Source of the DNA: Octopus sinensis
Taxonomy: Eukaryota
Direction of reading: 5' to 3'
Length of the DNA stretch: 64,000 nt
Assembly (NCBI RefSeq): GCF_006345805.1
Contig: NC_042997.1
Span: forward strand, 141,670,001 to 141,734,000
The position numbers and the translations under genes were made by a program. The notes below the pieces were generated by a model, which had not been told where the DNA came from, ran no database searches, and worked only from the letters and a program-made list of their open reading frames with translations. Numbering within the stretch: position 1 is the stretch's first letter; each line of letters opens with the position of its first letter. This document shows, one piece after another, positions 51,702 to 64,000 of the stretch.

Positions 51702-51949
51702 CCCTGACTGAGTAGGTAGCTTTTATTGATCGATCAGACCTATGATAAATGGCAATCGATTTCTGAACATCATGTGTTTTCTTTCTTTGTCTAGTGTAAT
51801 CCACATTGATATTCCGTGTGCCCTTCCTTTTGAAGACAGCTGGGTATGGTTTGAGAAAGATTTTGCTGATATTTCTAGCAAACTGAGTGACTACTTAGAG
51901 ACTGCCGCGTTGGTTTATGTAAATAGTTATGCATATTTCAATTGGGCAG

Positions 51950-52420
51950 TCTACAGGCACTTTCATATCAAAACAAAAGGAATGAATAATGTTAATACTA
52001 AATCCGATATGTACAGCAACAATACAGCTCCGATTCTTTGAAACATGCCTGTCCGGACTGACAAGGAAATCGAAGCGAACATCAGAGACATTATTATGAA
52101 AGAAACAAAGGAAAGCTTATAGACTTTGATAGACATCTCAATCCTTTCTAATCAAAACATTCCTCAAAAAGGAAGTTGCGAAGCTATCAAACACAAGGGC
52201 TCCAAAATGAGAGTGGAAAGTAGGATGAGAAGATGAAAGTAAAAATGGCACAAATAATGATTGGTCTACTGAGTAAGCCAAAAACGTGTAAACGAAAACA
52301 TAATACCAGAGATCACAACTGTTTATACAATCATAAATATAAGCTTATATGTAAGACACTTTCAGTTCAAGTCCTTCAAAGTATGCATTCTGCACGTTAC
52401 CTTTCAATAGAATAAAGCGC
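51950..52420 (+). mobile_element. R4/Dong RLE-domain relic
   Basis: MPVRTDKEIEANIRDIIMKE, LIDISILSNQNIPQK, RMKMKVKMAQIMIGLL. Confidence 0.6.
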
Positions 52421-52579
52421 TTCGAACATCACATACTCTATATCAATGTTTCCCAAAGTGGGTGGTGTCGCCCCTGATGGGTGAAGGCAGTGGGAAATTC
52501 TGTATGAGTACTGAGGGAAAAGTATGCAGTAAAGAGTAATAGTTGCATCGGTACAGTTTTGGGAGGCATTTTAAGCCTT

Positions 52580-53145
52580 AGTCTCCTCGCTTCAAATTTT
52601 GGCACAAGGCCAGCAAGCTCGGGGTAGGGCTCTAAGTTGATTACATCGACCCCAGTGCTCAACTGGTATTTATTTTATCGACTCCGAAATGATGAAAAGC
52701 AAAAGTCAACCTTGGTGGAATTTGAACTCAGATCGTAAAGCATTTTGCCCGGTAACAATTCTGCCAGCTTGCCACAGCGGTATCTGAGTTCTGAACACTA
52801 GGAACTGGAAGGGGTCTTCACATATTTAAACTTGAAAAAGTTTAAATGTAATTATGTGATAAACTATTTAACCGCCATCTCAAATACGATGACAATTACA
52901 GAATCAACTACAACATGAAGTATAAATATGGTCTCAAGTTTTGGCACAGGGTGAGCAGTTTTTGAATGGAGGGGTGGTCAACTATATCGACCCCAGTACT
53001 TGACTGGTACTTATTTTATCGACCCCGAAAGGATGAAAAAAGGCAGTCAATGATAGCGGAATTTGAACTAAGAACGTAAAGACGGATGAAATGCTGCTAA
53101 GCAGTTTTTCCGGTAGGATAGCAGTTCTGCCAGCTCACCGCCTTA
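52580..53145 (-). mobile_element. Two SINE family A copies (52580-52775 and 52935-53145)
   Basis: Family A core motifs on the minus strand. Confidence 0.75.
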
Positions 53146-53785
53146 ACATGAAATATAATAAACTTCGAAATGCAAATAAGTAAATAAAAAATATGTATAC
53201 CGCCCCGTGTAAAGTGTAAGCAACAAACTCGTATAATTTTAAAACATTACCAAAATTTGAGTATTTCCAATTATGACATAACCACCACAAGATCCAGTCC
53301 TTGTTGCGGTATGAGGGCTTTATGCTTTAGTGACACTAAGATTTTACAAAAACAACAAAAATATTATTAAAAAAATATATTTTTTAATTTCCGGCAAAAT
53401 GCTCACACCTGGTCGCGCCTCTCATGCTGAACAGGTCAAATGATAAAGGCCAGACTAATATGTACCAACTCTCTACAGAGATTAAAATGGGTTTATGTAG
53501 AGCCAACAAGTTAACAGAAGCATTGATGACAATTAAAATCAACAGGACCTGGGAGAGAAAAGCCTTCCATCGGAGAAGAGAAAATCAGAGTTGAAAACGC
53601 AAGGAACCAACTCTAGAGAAACAAAAAGCACTGTCAAGAGTCGAGATCAGAGGGGAAAAGTCATTGGTGATCTATGCCCCACAGCGAAAGACTTAAATAA
53701 GCATACATTTTATGAGTACGGTCATAACGCCTAAAGATGTAGGCAACGTCCTGACTTGTAGATAGGTATTTATGCATATATACAC

Positions 53786-53830
<45 letters not shown>

Positions 53831-53831
53831 A

Positions 53832-54711
53832 ACGAGGAGTGTTCATTAAAGATTTCTGCTGATCCACGGATAAACGAAGCCTTACATAATTATTAGTCCT
53901 TCTCTACATAGCTACCACCAATGGTGACATAATTCTCCCATCGCTTTATGTAGCTGTGAAGAACTCGTCTGTAGAATTCGGTAGGTTGCGTCTGGAGCCA
54001 AGACTTTACCTCGGAAATAAGTTCATGAGCCGAAAAATGCTTCCTCTTCAAAAAACACTTCATGGTTAGAAAGTGGTGGAAGTCAGATGGTGTGAGGTCG
54101 GAAGAGTAAGGGGGATGAGAGAGGAATTCATAGCCGCAGGGGTATGCTTTCTTCTGGGCAACATGCATATTGTGAACTGGGGCGTAGTCTTGGCGGAGGC
54201 GGACTCCTTTGGTCAGCATACCATGCCCCTTTACTTTGATGGCGTCCCATTATTTTTGCAGCAGGGAAACAACATGCCCCGTTAATTGTGGTGTCCTTTG
54301 CCAGAAAATTCATCATCATTACTCTGCGCTGGTCCCAAAAGACTGTAAGCACCACCTTGCCTGCTGAGGGTTGGACACAAGCCTCGTTTGGAGGTGATGA
54401 GTTATCATGCTTCCATTGCCTCGATTGGACTTTAAACTCAGAATCATAGTGATGGACTCATGTTTTATCCTGTGTGATAAGTCTGCCGAAAAAGCCCTCC
54501 TCGTTTTCTTGGCACATTGCCAAAAGAGTCTGGGAGCAACTGACTCGCTCCTGCTTCTGAGAAGGTGTGAGCATCCGGAGAATCCATCGTGCAGAAAACT
54601 TCCGCATGTGCAAAATGGTCGTGAATGATTTTTTTCCGCGGACCCTACACTTATCTTCACTTCTTGGGCTAGCTACCGAAAAGTTATGCGGCGATCCTCC
54701 TAAATGGCGGC

Positions 54712-54712
<1 letters not shown>
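53832..54712 (-). pseudogene. Mariner DD34D transposase, 3' two-thirds, frameshifted
   Basis: RKFSARWILRMLT, RLITQDKT, MVLTVFWD, QDYAPVH...HPPYSSDLTPSDFH (34 residues between the two Ds), KRWENYVTIGGSYVEKD*. Confidence 0.9.
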
Positions 54713-54773
<61 letters not shown>

Positions 54774-54845
54774 CAAATAAAACTGCTGAAGAAAAAAAAG
54801 CTCTTCTGTAACATTTTAAGAGACATTTTAAGGTATATAAATACA

Positions 54846-55194
54846 GTGGCACTCCGTCGGTTACGATGACGAGGGTTCCAGCTGATCCGTTCAACGGAAC
54901 AGCCTGCTCGTGAAATTAACATGCAAGGTGTACTCTTAACGTAGTTCTCGGGGAGATTCAGCGTGACACAGAGTGTGACAAGGCTGGCCCTTTGAAATAC
55001 AAGTACAACAGAAACAGGGAGAGTGAGAGACAGTTGTGGTGAAACGGTACAGCAGGGTTCGCCATCACCGCCTGCTGGAGCCTAATAGAGCTTTAGGTGT
55101 TTCCGCTCAATAAACAACGCCCGGTCTAGGAATCCAAACCGTGATCCTACGACCGCGAGTCTGCTGCCCTAACTACTGGGCCATTGCGCCTCCA
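54846..55194 (-). mobile_element. SINE head D plus tail 2
   Basis: Reverse complement ggaggcgcaatggcccagtagttagggcagcagactcgcggtcg...ccctgtttctgttgtacttgtatttcaaagggccagccttgtcacac...gacggagtgccac. Confidence 0.85.
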
Positions 55195-55223
55195 GATTTG
55201 TATATATATGTATATATATATAT

Positions 55224-55272
<49 letters not shown>

Positions 55273-55278
55273 TGTGTG

Positions 55279-55323
<45 letters not shown>

Positions 55324-55440
55324 TTCAAACTTGTGTATGCTAACGTAAATGTCATCTACAGCTTTATATTTAAGAGATGAGGAATCACGTAAATTATTTA
55401 CATTTGACGGCTATTTGTCCTCATCTTGTTTGTTGTTAAC

Positions 55441-55482
55441 ACAACTTTCGACTGCTATAACCTCCAGCCTTTATCAGGTGTC
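55441..55482 (-). ncRNA. Decayed minimal hammerhead-like motif in a small element (55321-55570) between (TA)n and (ATT)n
   Basis: Minus strand: GACAC-CUGAUAA-A-GGCUG-loop-CAGUC-GAAA-GUU-GUGUU. Stem I ACAC/GUGU and stem II are present; G8 and the C after GAAA are altered. Confidence 0.4.
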
Positions 55483-55534
55483 TTGAGGAAATTTCGAACC
55501 TGGGTTCTCATTCCTAAGGTATTTTTCGATGTTA

Positions 55535-55569
<35 letters not shown>

Positions 55570-55599
55570 GTAATAATAATGTAAATAATGTATAAGTGT

Positions 55600-56345
55600 C
55601 ATCTGCTAATCTCATAATCTACTCAGGTGTATAGAGATGTTTAAACTCGCATATGGACAGAGAAATCAATATTTGTGCGAACATATAGAAGATATAACTG
55701 ATGATCTTTGTCCTGACAGCTTATCGACTATGTGACGCACAACATTTGATAACAATTCTTGAGAATGCTGCAAAATCAGTTTGTTTTTCATGGCTATCAA
55801 TGGAGGTGAAACCTGTCAATTTCTTTCAGTAATGGCACACAACTCAAAGAATCCTTCAGAACCTTAGATTCTACGTTGCTGATAATAAGTAAAACTACAC
55901 GCGAGGAACTAGCTTGAAGTGGCTGTAATAAGCTTTAAGGCATCCAGTAATCAAGTATTTCAAAGTCAGCAGTTCTGAAATTCTTCAGGGCATTTATAGA
56001 GGATATCCTTCTCTAAGGAGTTGAAATCATTTCTCATCAAAAAAGAGCTTTAAGATCGCTTTGTTGCTATGTGCACTAGGGTTCAAAATACCTCATTATG
56101 TGAGCGCAAGGCTGAAGATAAGATTTATGGATACATCGTTTAACGTAGGGTAGGCTATGCTATCAGGGCAAACATCATATTTTCGAAACTTTTGCACCCT
56201 AAAAGAGGACGAAGACCACTCAACTACATTGACATCAATGGCAGCGACACGCAACGTGAAACTGAAGACAAACTAAAGTTAATGTCGAACATAAACTCGT
56301 GGCGCAGCATTGTGAGATATGTCGCGGTTGCGGCTGTCCAAAGAA
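55600..56345 (+). mobile_element. RTE-clade LINE 3' relic
   Basis: PKRGRRPLNYIDI...LMSNINSWRSIV resembles the RTE C-terminal GRP..YID...DR..WR motif. Confidence 0.5.
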
Positions 56346-56449
56346 GAAACAGAGGCGCAGTAAAAATATCAAATAAAACTAGTAAAGAAAAAAAAAGCTC
56401 TTCTGTAACATTTTATGATGCATTTTAAGATAAATAATAATATTTTTAT

Positions 56450-56890
56450 CTTTTATCGTTTACATGTTTCAGTCATTAGACTGCGGCCATTCTGGGGAAC
56501 TGCTTTGACTTTTTGGTCAAATGAATCAACACCAAGACTTATTTTTTTAAGCCTGGTACTTATTCTCTCGGGCTCTTTTGTGAAACCGCTATGTCACGGG
56601 GACACAAACACGCCAACACCGGTTGTCAAGTGGTGGTGGTGGTGGTGGTGGTGGTGGACACACACAGAGACACAAAGACACATACACACATAGATATATA
56701 TACATACATATATATATATATATATATATGACGGGCTTCTTTCAGTTTCCGTCTACTAAATCCACTCAAAAGGCTTTGGTCGGCCCGAGGCTATAGTAGA
56801 AGACACTTGCCCAACATGCCATGCAGTGGGACTGAACCCGGAACCATGTGGTTGGGAAGCAAGCTTGTTACCACACAGCCACGCTTGCGC
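56450..56890 (-). mobile_element. SINE family B, near full length
   Basis: Reverse complement taggcgcaagcgtggctgtgtggtaacaagcttgcttcccaaccacatggttccgggttcagtccc... Confidence 0.88.
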
Positions 56891-57329
56891 CTAATAAGGA
56901 TTAATACCATTATAGCTAGTCAGGAAAAATGCTTATCGGCATTTCTTCTGACTGTTCTGAGTTCAAATACTGCCGAGGTTAACTTTATCTTTCATCCTTT
57001 CGAGATCGATAAAATAAAGTTCTGGGGTCGATGTGTTTGACGTTGCACCCCCAAAAGGTGAAATCATAAAAGGTGGTGAAGTGGCAGAATCGTCAGAGAA
57101 AAATGCTTAGAGCACCATTTCTTCCGGTTCTTTGCATTTTGTGTTTAAATACTGCTGAAATCGTTTTTGCTTTTTATCCTTTAGAGATTGATAAAATAAA
57201 GTACCAGTAAAGGACTGGGATCGATATAATCGGCTTTTCATCTTCCCTAAAATTTTAGAGCTTCGGCCCACAGTGGAGAAAAATATTATTTCATATACGT
57301 CCAACAGCTTAAACTGTTGAAAAATATTT

Positions 57330-57920
57330 CCTAACATCGGGCTACAACAATTAATCTAAGATGCCAAGAACCTTCATAAGTATCCTAAATGTCCCTAATG
57401 ATGCTGTTTTCTAGAGCTGCACTAAACTAGGCTTTATGCCTATTTCATCTATCCTGGCAATGAAAATGCCCGTAAATGCTTTCTGAGAGCATTCCTTTTA
57501 ACAGCTTCCACACTAATGGTAAGAAAATGATTGGTCTATAATTACTAGCTATATTGTCCTCACTTTTGTCTTTCATTAGAAATACTGTTCTTCTTCTTGT
57601 CATCAAACCATTTAGGCAACGCTGAAGTTGTTCTCACAGTTTCCCATGTATGCTACTCTTGAACTAAATTTGGTCCCGGGCCCTTCCAATGTGGCATTCT
57701 TCCTACCACTTTACTCATTAATGCACTAGTTAGTTTTAGATCTGGCGGTTTCTCACTGACTACTTCTTCCTTCACTTTCTTTGATCATGCTGTATCTCCA
57801 TTATGATTGACTGGCTTGTCTCAGATATTACTCCAGAGCTTTCTAACTTCTTCTGCATTAGGTTTCTCATCTTCAGTACTTCCATCTACACTATTTTCTG
57901 AAAGAATCTCTGCTGGTCTG
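57330..57920 (-). mobile_element. R4/Dong relic with a large internal deletion
   Basis: KPNAEEVRKLWSNI*DKPVNHN, RMPHWKGPGPNLVQ (RT0), then KTASLGTFRILMKVLGI (C-terminus). Confidence 0.6.
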
Positions 57921-57930
57921 CCTCAAACAA

Positions 57931-58291
57931 TAAGGCGGCGAGCTAACAGAATCGTTAGCACGCCGGGCGAAATGTTCAACTGCAGTTCGTCCGTCATAAC
58001 GTTCTGAGTTCAAATTCTGTCGCGGTCGACTTTGCCTTTCATCTTTTCGGGGTCGGTAAATTAAGTTTAAGTGAAACGCTGGGGTCGATGTAATCGACTA
58101 GTCTTCTCCCACCAAAATTTCTGGCCTTGTGCCTTTAGTAGAAAGGATTATTACTATTATTGGGGCGGCGAGCTGGTAGAATCGTAAGCGTGCCAGACAA
58201 AATGCTTAGCGGCATTTCATCCATCCTGATGGTGGTAGTGGTGGTGGTGGTGGTGGTGGTGGTGGTCGTCGTCGTCGTCGTCGTCGTCGTC

Positions 58292-58327
<36 letters not shown>

Positions 58328-58690
58328 AGTCGGCGAGCTGGCAGAAACGTTAGCACGCCGGGCGAAATGCGTAGCCGTATTTCGTCTGCCGTTACGTTCT
58401 GAGTCGACTTTGCCTTTCATCCTTTCGGGGTCGATAAATTAAGTACCAGTTACGTACTGGGACCGATATAATCGACTTAATCCGTTTATTTGTCCTTGTT
58501 TGTCCTCTCTGTGTTTAACCCCCTGTGGGTAGTAAAGAAATAGGTATTCCACCCGTCACTACGTTCTGTGCTCAAATTCCAACGAGGTCAACTTTGCCTT
58601 TCATTCTTTTAGAGTCGATAAATTGAGCACCGGTAAAACACTGGGGTCGATGTAATCGACTAGTCCCCTCCACAAAAATTTCAGTGGAAG
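57931..58690 (+). mobile_element. Cluster of SINE family A copies, one with two cores, around a (GGT)(CGT)(AGT)n repeat
   Basis: Heads at 57934, 58163 and 58330; junction gtagtaaagaaataggtattcc at about 58530-58550. Confidence 0.85.
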
Positions 58691-59918
58691 AGATTATTAT
58701 CATTATTAAAAAGGACAATCAAATAATAATATATAAAATGAGATTAAAAATATAGAAACTTGTCAAGATAAATTTCGGAAAGTGTGCCAATAACTAAAAT
58801 GATTTTATTTCGTATGTTAATCACGAATTATTTTCTATCATTAAGTGTGTATATTTTTCGATAAGTTGAACCCAGTATTATCAAGAAAGAAGGAAAAAAT
58901 AGACGCAAAAACACATTAATATACCGAGAACGAAGCTAAAATTGTTTTCTTTTTTTTTTTCACAACACTTATTAGTTTGAAATATATTTATTCCAAACTG
59001 ACAGTATTTTCTATAATTGTGATTGGTTTTGCTTTTATTGGACTTTTTATTCTATTATTTAGAACTTTCAGAGCGGCCGAAAAAATGCTGCAAAGTGGAT
59101 TGAAAATCTTACAGTGTTTAGTTTTCTCTTTCTCTACTGGCTGAGTTCGAAACTTAATGAGAAGATGGCCTTTCATACGTCAGGTTTTGGTGGCACAAAG
59201 CACACAGCAAGTATTGAAGTCAGTTCATCGCCAACACCCCTCCCCACCTATAATTTTGTGTCATTTGTTCCAGTACAAAATAGCGACATATAAAGCCACA
59301 ATAACTATAAAAATATTCTAACTTTGACATGATGGAATTGAGATTTACATAAGCCATGGTGTCTGATTGGGGGAGATAACGTACAAATGTAAGCATGGCT
59401 GTGTGATTAAGCAGTTCGCCTCGCAACCAAGTGGTTTCGGGTTTGGTTCCGCTCTGTGGTACCTTGAACAAGTGTCCCTTACGATAGTCTAGAGGGAACT
59501 AGTGCCTTGTAAGTGAATTTCGTAAACTGTAAGTATGTATAACTTGCTATATATAGCAACAAGGAGAATGGAGTGAACAGTTCGATATATTGTATGATTT
59601 TACAATTGTTTCATCAACATTCAGAAGATTGTTGCTACAATATTGTCATATAATATACGAAATAATACATCATATCAGAATTAACTTATCAATACCGGAA
59701 AATATTGACTCATCGATTTGCTGAATGAACCCGTATTTCATGGAATATATAAAGGACAAATAAATGAATAAGACAATACATCTTTGTGTCTCCAAAATCA
59801 TACGTCTATTAATATCTAGTTTAAAGTCAATAAGGTGACTCATAACACCTTTCAGTATCTACTTTGTAATTCTTATAAATAATGTATCCTATTTTAAATT
59901 TTAAATACATATATATAT

Positions 59919-60305
59919 AGGTGCAGGAGTGGCTGTGTGGTAAGTAGCTTGCTAACCAACCACATGGTTCCGGGTTCAGTCCCACTGCGTGGCACCTTGG
60001 GCAAGTGTCTTCTACTATAGCCTCGGGCCAACCAAAGCCTTGTGAGTGGATTTGGTAGACAGAAACTGAAAGAAGCCCGTCGTATATATGTATATATATA
60101 TATGCGTGTGTGTGTCTGTGTTTGTCCCCCTAACATCGCTTGACAACCGATGCTGGTATGTTTATGTCCCCGTTACTTAGCGGTTCGGCAAAAGAGACCG
60201 ATAGAATAAGTACTGGGCTTACAAAAGAATAAGTTACGGGGTCGAGTTGCTCGATTAAAGGCGGTGCTCCAGCATGGCCGCAGTCAAATGACTGAAACAA
60301 GTAAA
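59919..60305 (+). mobile_element. SINE family B, near consensus
   Basis: taggtgcaggagtggctgtgtggtaagtagcttgc...gccgcagtcaaatgactgaaacaagtaaaa. Confidence 0.92.
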
Positions 60306-60436
60306 AAAAAAAATATATATATATATTATATATATATATATATATACACATATATATATTCAAAATGTGACCGCGTGTGTACCGTTGACGATTTTTTTCC
60401 TCCGTCTTCCCTTCTTTGGATCTTTCCTTTTCCTAT

Positions 60437-60471
60437 GTTTCTGACGAAGAGCAGCGCTCGAAACGTAAAAC
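60437..60471 (+). ncRNA. Minimal type-I hammerhead-like ribozyme motif with intact core
   Basis: GUUU-CUGACGA-A-GAGC-agc-GCUC-GAAA-CGUA-AAAC: stem I GUUU/AAAC, stem II GAGC/GCUC, palindromic ACGU stem III (dimer type), GUA cleavage triplet, one extra A after A9. Confidence 0.6.
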
Positions 60472-60685
60472 CCTCCTTCTTCCTTCCTTCCTGAGCGTCC
60501 AATAATACTATATTTGTTCCACGTCCTCGCGTTGTTGTGTTTTCTCTCTGTGTTTTCATGTTTGGATTAACTTTATATATATATAGTCGATCCAAACATG
60601 AACAAGCAAGAAAAAACAACAACGCGAAGAAGTGGAACAAGTACTGTGTTAGTGGACGCTCAGGAAAGCAAAGAAAAGAAAGAGA

Positions 60686-60720
60686 ATTTCACGTTTCAAG
60701 CGGATCTTTTCATCAGAAAT
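60686..60720 (-). ncRNA. Hammerhead-like motif of the inverted partner
   Basis: Minus strand: AUUU-CUGAUGA-A-AAG-auccg-CUU-GAAA-CGUG-AAAU. Stems are kept by compensatory changes; the GUG triplet is non-canonical. Confidence 0.5.
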
Positions 60721-62339
60721 ATAGAAAAGGTCCAAGGGAAGACGGAGAAAGAAAATCGCCAACGATATACACGGGGTCACATATTGAAATGACCGGAAGG
60801 GAATGGGTGAAGAAAACTTTCTTCCTAAGACAGGAGAGTGCAAGAGAAGGAGGTAGGTGTGTATATGTGTGGGTATGTGCGTGCGCGCAGGTCTGTGTGT
60901 ATGTGTGTAATGATAGCACGTGTATGTGCGTGTGTGTATGTGTGTGTGTGTGTGTGGCTTGGTTCTCCTGCTTGCCCACACAGTCACCCTACTACAAATA
61001 GCAGCGACATCTTCCTAAAATCGCACCCTAGTGTCTTAAAAGAGGAAAGGCTAATTACATAGTGTGGCGTTAGATGCACAGTTTCAAGTAAATGGAATGA
61101 TCATGGCTGAAACGCTTTGGATCATTGGTCTACTTAATCTGGACTGCTATATGATTAAACAACAGCAACCTGAAGAACATTTTTGCGCATTTGGGGAGGA
61201 AAGGAAAGGTAGCCATGATAATAACGTCCATCTTCTGCCACTTGTCGTTCCTCATATGTATTGGAGTTCCATGGCTGTTAATTCAGTCATAGCTTTAAGG
61301 GTTGCTAAATGTGATGCTTTGACATTCACACATTTCTCAATAGATATAAGTAGTAAGTAAAATGAAATTAACTCGGAAAAAATTACTGAAATCTAAGAAT
61401 TTATCGACCACGATACTCCTAGGATTTTTGGCAGAGTCCCAATGTAAGATAATGACATAAAGACTATTTACCTGTGGTTTATAGTCTATTTTAATCTATA
61501 GACTATTAACTCGTGGACGTAGTTTGGCAGAACCTTTAGAACGTCGGATAAAATTCTTTGCGATAATTTTTTCCAGAATGTTTTTTTCTTTTGCGCTCCC
61601 ATATATCTTTGTGATGATCAGCTTTGGTTTTCTACCTCCTGAAGTTGACAGAATACAGCGTCAGTGAAGTACTGTGGTCGACATTTGTAAATAAAATATT
61701 TTATTTAGTACCAGGTACAAGAAATGAAGAATATATAAAAACATATCAAGAAAATGTAGAATAACTTTAATAGAAATAGAGTGAAAGATAAAAGATAAGT
61801 GTAAGAGAAGCGGAGACAGAGATTGAATAACGTACATGGAGTGAAAATCTGACTAAATTATTTGTTCATACCATTGGTTTCACAATGTTCTTTTTCATAT
61901 TTCGTATTTTTAAAAAAAGACATAATTCAAATCTCTAGATTTATCTCTAATGCATGGAAAATATTAATTGTTAATTCAGATTTTCTGCCAGAGGCAAAGG
62001 AAGGAAGTTAACAGATAATTCAAGATCATTATTGGTGATATTATTTAATTACAAATCTTACTTTCCTCGCCACAAACCTACCATTTTCTTGTCAGCTTTG
62101 GCAGAGTGTCGAATAAACATGCCTTCCAGAACTTACATCGTTCTAAGTTCAAGTCCCACCAAGACTACTTTTATTTTGCGTAAGAAAAAAAGATGGAGTT
62201 AAAATGGATCACCGTCGTTCACTATGATGAACAGTCAGTTGTTCGATCAGTTGAATCCTCTGCTCATTAAATTAGCATGCAAATGGCCTAACATTCCATA
62301 TAAACGTAAAATGTACGCGAACTCTTAAAGGAATTATCA

Positions 62340-62545
62340 CGTAGAATTAGCGTGACATGGTGTGTGACAAGGCTGTGCTTTCGAATCACAGGTACACTCC
62401 ATTCGACAGGCTTCCGCACAATTTCTGTCCATCCAATTCCCCTTATGACGTTTGGATTGACCCAGGGCAATGGTAAAAAGGCACCACGCAGCGGAATTGA
62501 ATTCAAGATTTCGTGATTGCAAATCAGTTTTCTTAACCATTCCAC
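62340..62545 (-). mobile_element. Diverged SINE: family B-like head plus tail 2
   Basis: Reverse complement ttaagaaaactgatttgcaatcacg...gaattcaattccgctgcgtggtgcc...gaagcctgtcgaatggagtgtacctgtgattcgaaagcacagccttgtcacacaccatgtcacgct. Confidence 0.55.
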
Positions 62546-64000
62546 ATTCACAATACTTTATTGCCATCACTTGAATAAGTATCACGGTTATACATTGAAG
62601 TCGATTCGCTCGAGTACACCCTACACCTAAAATTTGTTAATTTGTGCTAAAGCAAGAAACAATCACTTTTTCTTTAATTAATCAATTTTGGTATTTTCTC
62701 AATTTTTGCAAAATAATAGATGTAATTACTAAATTATGTGTAATTTCTAAAAAAAAATCTAATTTTAAATTTTACTACATTTTCAAATTGAAATCGATGT
62801 GAAATATAATGATAGTTATTACTAATCTTAAACCCAAGAGAAATTTTATTTCGTCTACTTTCAATAATTCTTAATTTGTTATCCGGGAGGGAAAATAGTT
62901 GCAATGTGTTTACAATGTAGACAGTGTAGTAAACAGATTAACTTAACTCTATAATCGTTCCTCAAACCAACGATTTCTTTCGTAAATTTTAAACTACACA
63001 AATAGCCGGTGGGCAACGTATTTTATCAAATTTCATATCGTTTTTAAAAATATTATTTTTATTGTTCGGCTGAAAAATTTAAATCATCGGTAAATTAATA
63101 TTGAATTCTATATTATATAGCAAATTAATATCGATGTTTGACAAGATAAGAAACCAACTTATTGGCCAAAGGCTCAAACATCTCTAACAAAAATATTCAA
63201 TTCTGAATATTTCAATCTAGTTAACTATGAATCAGTGTTGTGAAAAATAGTATTTTTTGTTAAAGAAGTGAGAATTTACGCTGTATGATTAATGAATTCT
63301 TTATCAGCTTTGTCTACGCTGTATATCAATACTCTTCTCTGTAACATGAATATACAATACAAGTGACTACAACAAATGTTCTAGCATATAGGACATGATC
63401 TTAAAGTCTGTCAAATCACATTGTTTTATAGTCGATTATATCAACTCTAATCTTTGACAAGTTCTTATTTCATCGTTACTTGAAGGTTGAAAGACTTTAT
63501 TGGGGTCTGAACTCAAAGCATTAAGGAACGTATGCCAATACTGTAAGACGTTATCCGACGTCCTGACTATTCTATATTTTGTTAAGTACAAGGTCAAATC
63601 TCGTAACTATGGTATATTGATAGTTTTTTGTTAATATGTTTTTCGGTAATGTGTTTTTTGCTAATCTAGTAATATTGAAACGTTTTTCAGTAGGAAAGTT
63701 CAGGTGAGGCCTTCCTTAATGAGGAAGAAAAGAATATCTTGCTAGGTCTATCTCCAATCAATAACTAAAGGTTGGTTATAATGAAAAATGGCGATGAATG
63801 TTTTTAAACATCTAGTTTCTGATTCAGAATTAAAACCGACTTTTCCTTGCATTATTTTCCTAAGTTAGACGGTATGAATAGGTAAAATGAGATTAAGATT
63901 ACAGAATATGTATTTTATGCACAACACAGCACGAAGTAGAATTAAAATATTAAAATATTACGAAACTTGGTTTGCTGTGGATGAATTAAGAATGCAAATA

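Larger units (their letters stand above)
60361..60786. mobile_element. Inverted pair of about 210-bp pLTR-like units (60361-60571 and 60586-60786) around a short (TA)n
   Basis: The arms align along their whole length in inverted orientation but are diverged. The ORF-track peptides 60326-60640(-) and 60598-60792(+) are mutually homologous. Each arm carries a hammerhead-like motif. Confidence 0.85.

Noticed and set aside
61064-61360. 98-aa ORF in unique sequence and a possible 117-nt phase-1 exon (61091-61207)
   Set aside because: Weak AAG acceptor and GTAGCC donor, and no recognisable motif.

Overview
AT-rich, repeat-saturated eukaryotic DNA. The tRNA-derived SINE families, the very high microsatellite load and the R4/Dong and Tc1/mariner relics suggest an octopod cephalopod; this is an inference, not a database result. 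I see no prokaryotic genes, CRISPR array, rRNA or intact tRNA gene, and no recognisable intact host gene. Most ORFs in the supplied track are translations of microsatellites, SINEs or decayed transposons. Supported content: (i) dozens of tRNA-headed SINEs built from shuffled head and tail modules; (ii) a near-complete, decayed DD34E Tc1 with about 100-bp TIRs and a 120-nt GT-AG intron; (iii) decayed hAT, mariner DD34D, maT-like and rosa-like transposase pieces and two MITE types; (iv) at least five R4/Dong (RLE-type) LINE relics, three of them in tandem at 28.5-33.6 kb, plus Tx1/L1-like, RTE and CR1-like fragments. The strongest lead is a set of small elements embedded in (TA)n tracts. One roughly 210-bp family (an inverted pair at 60.36-60.79 kb and a third copy at 24.9 kb) carries a minimal hammerhead-ribozyme-like motif with visibly compensatory stem changes. 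Three mutually unrelated long foldback hairpins share one architecture: (TA)n, foldback, one-sided extension, (TA)n. These look like Penelope-type pLTR or retrozyme-like elements. A weaker lead is a chain of phase-compatible candidate micro-exons on the + strand that could belong to a long-intron host gene.
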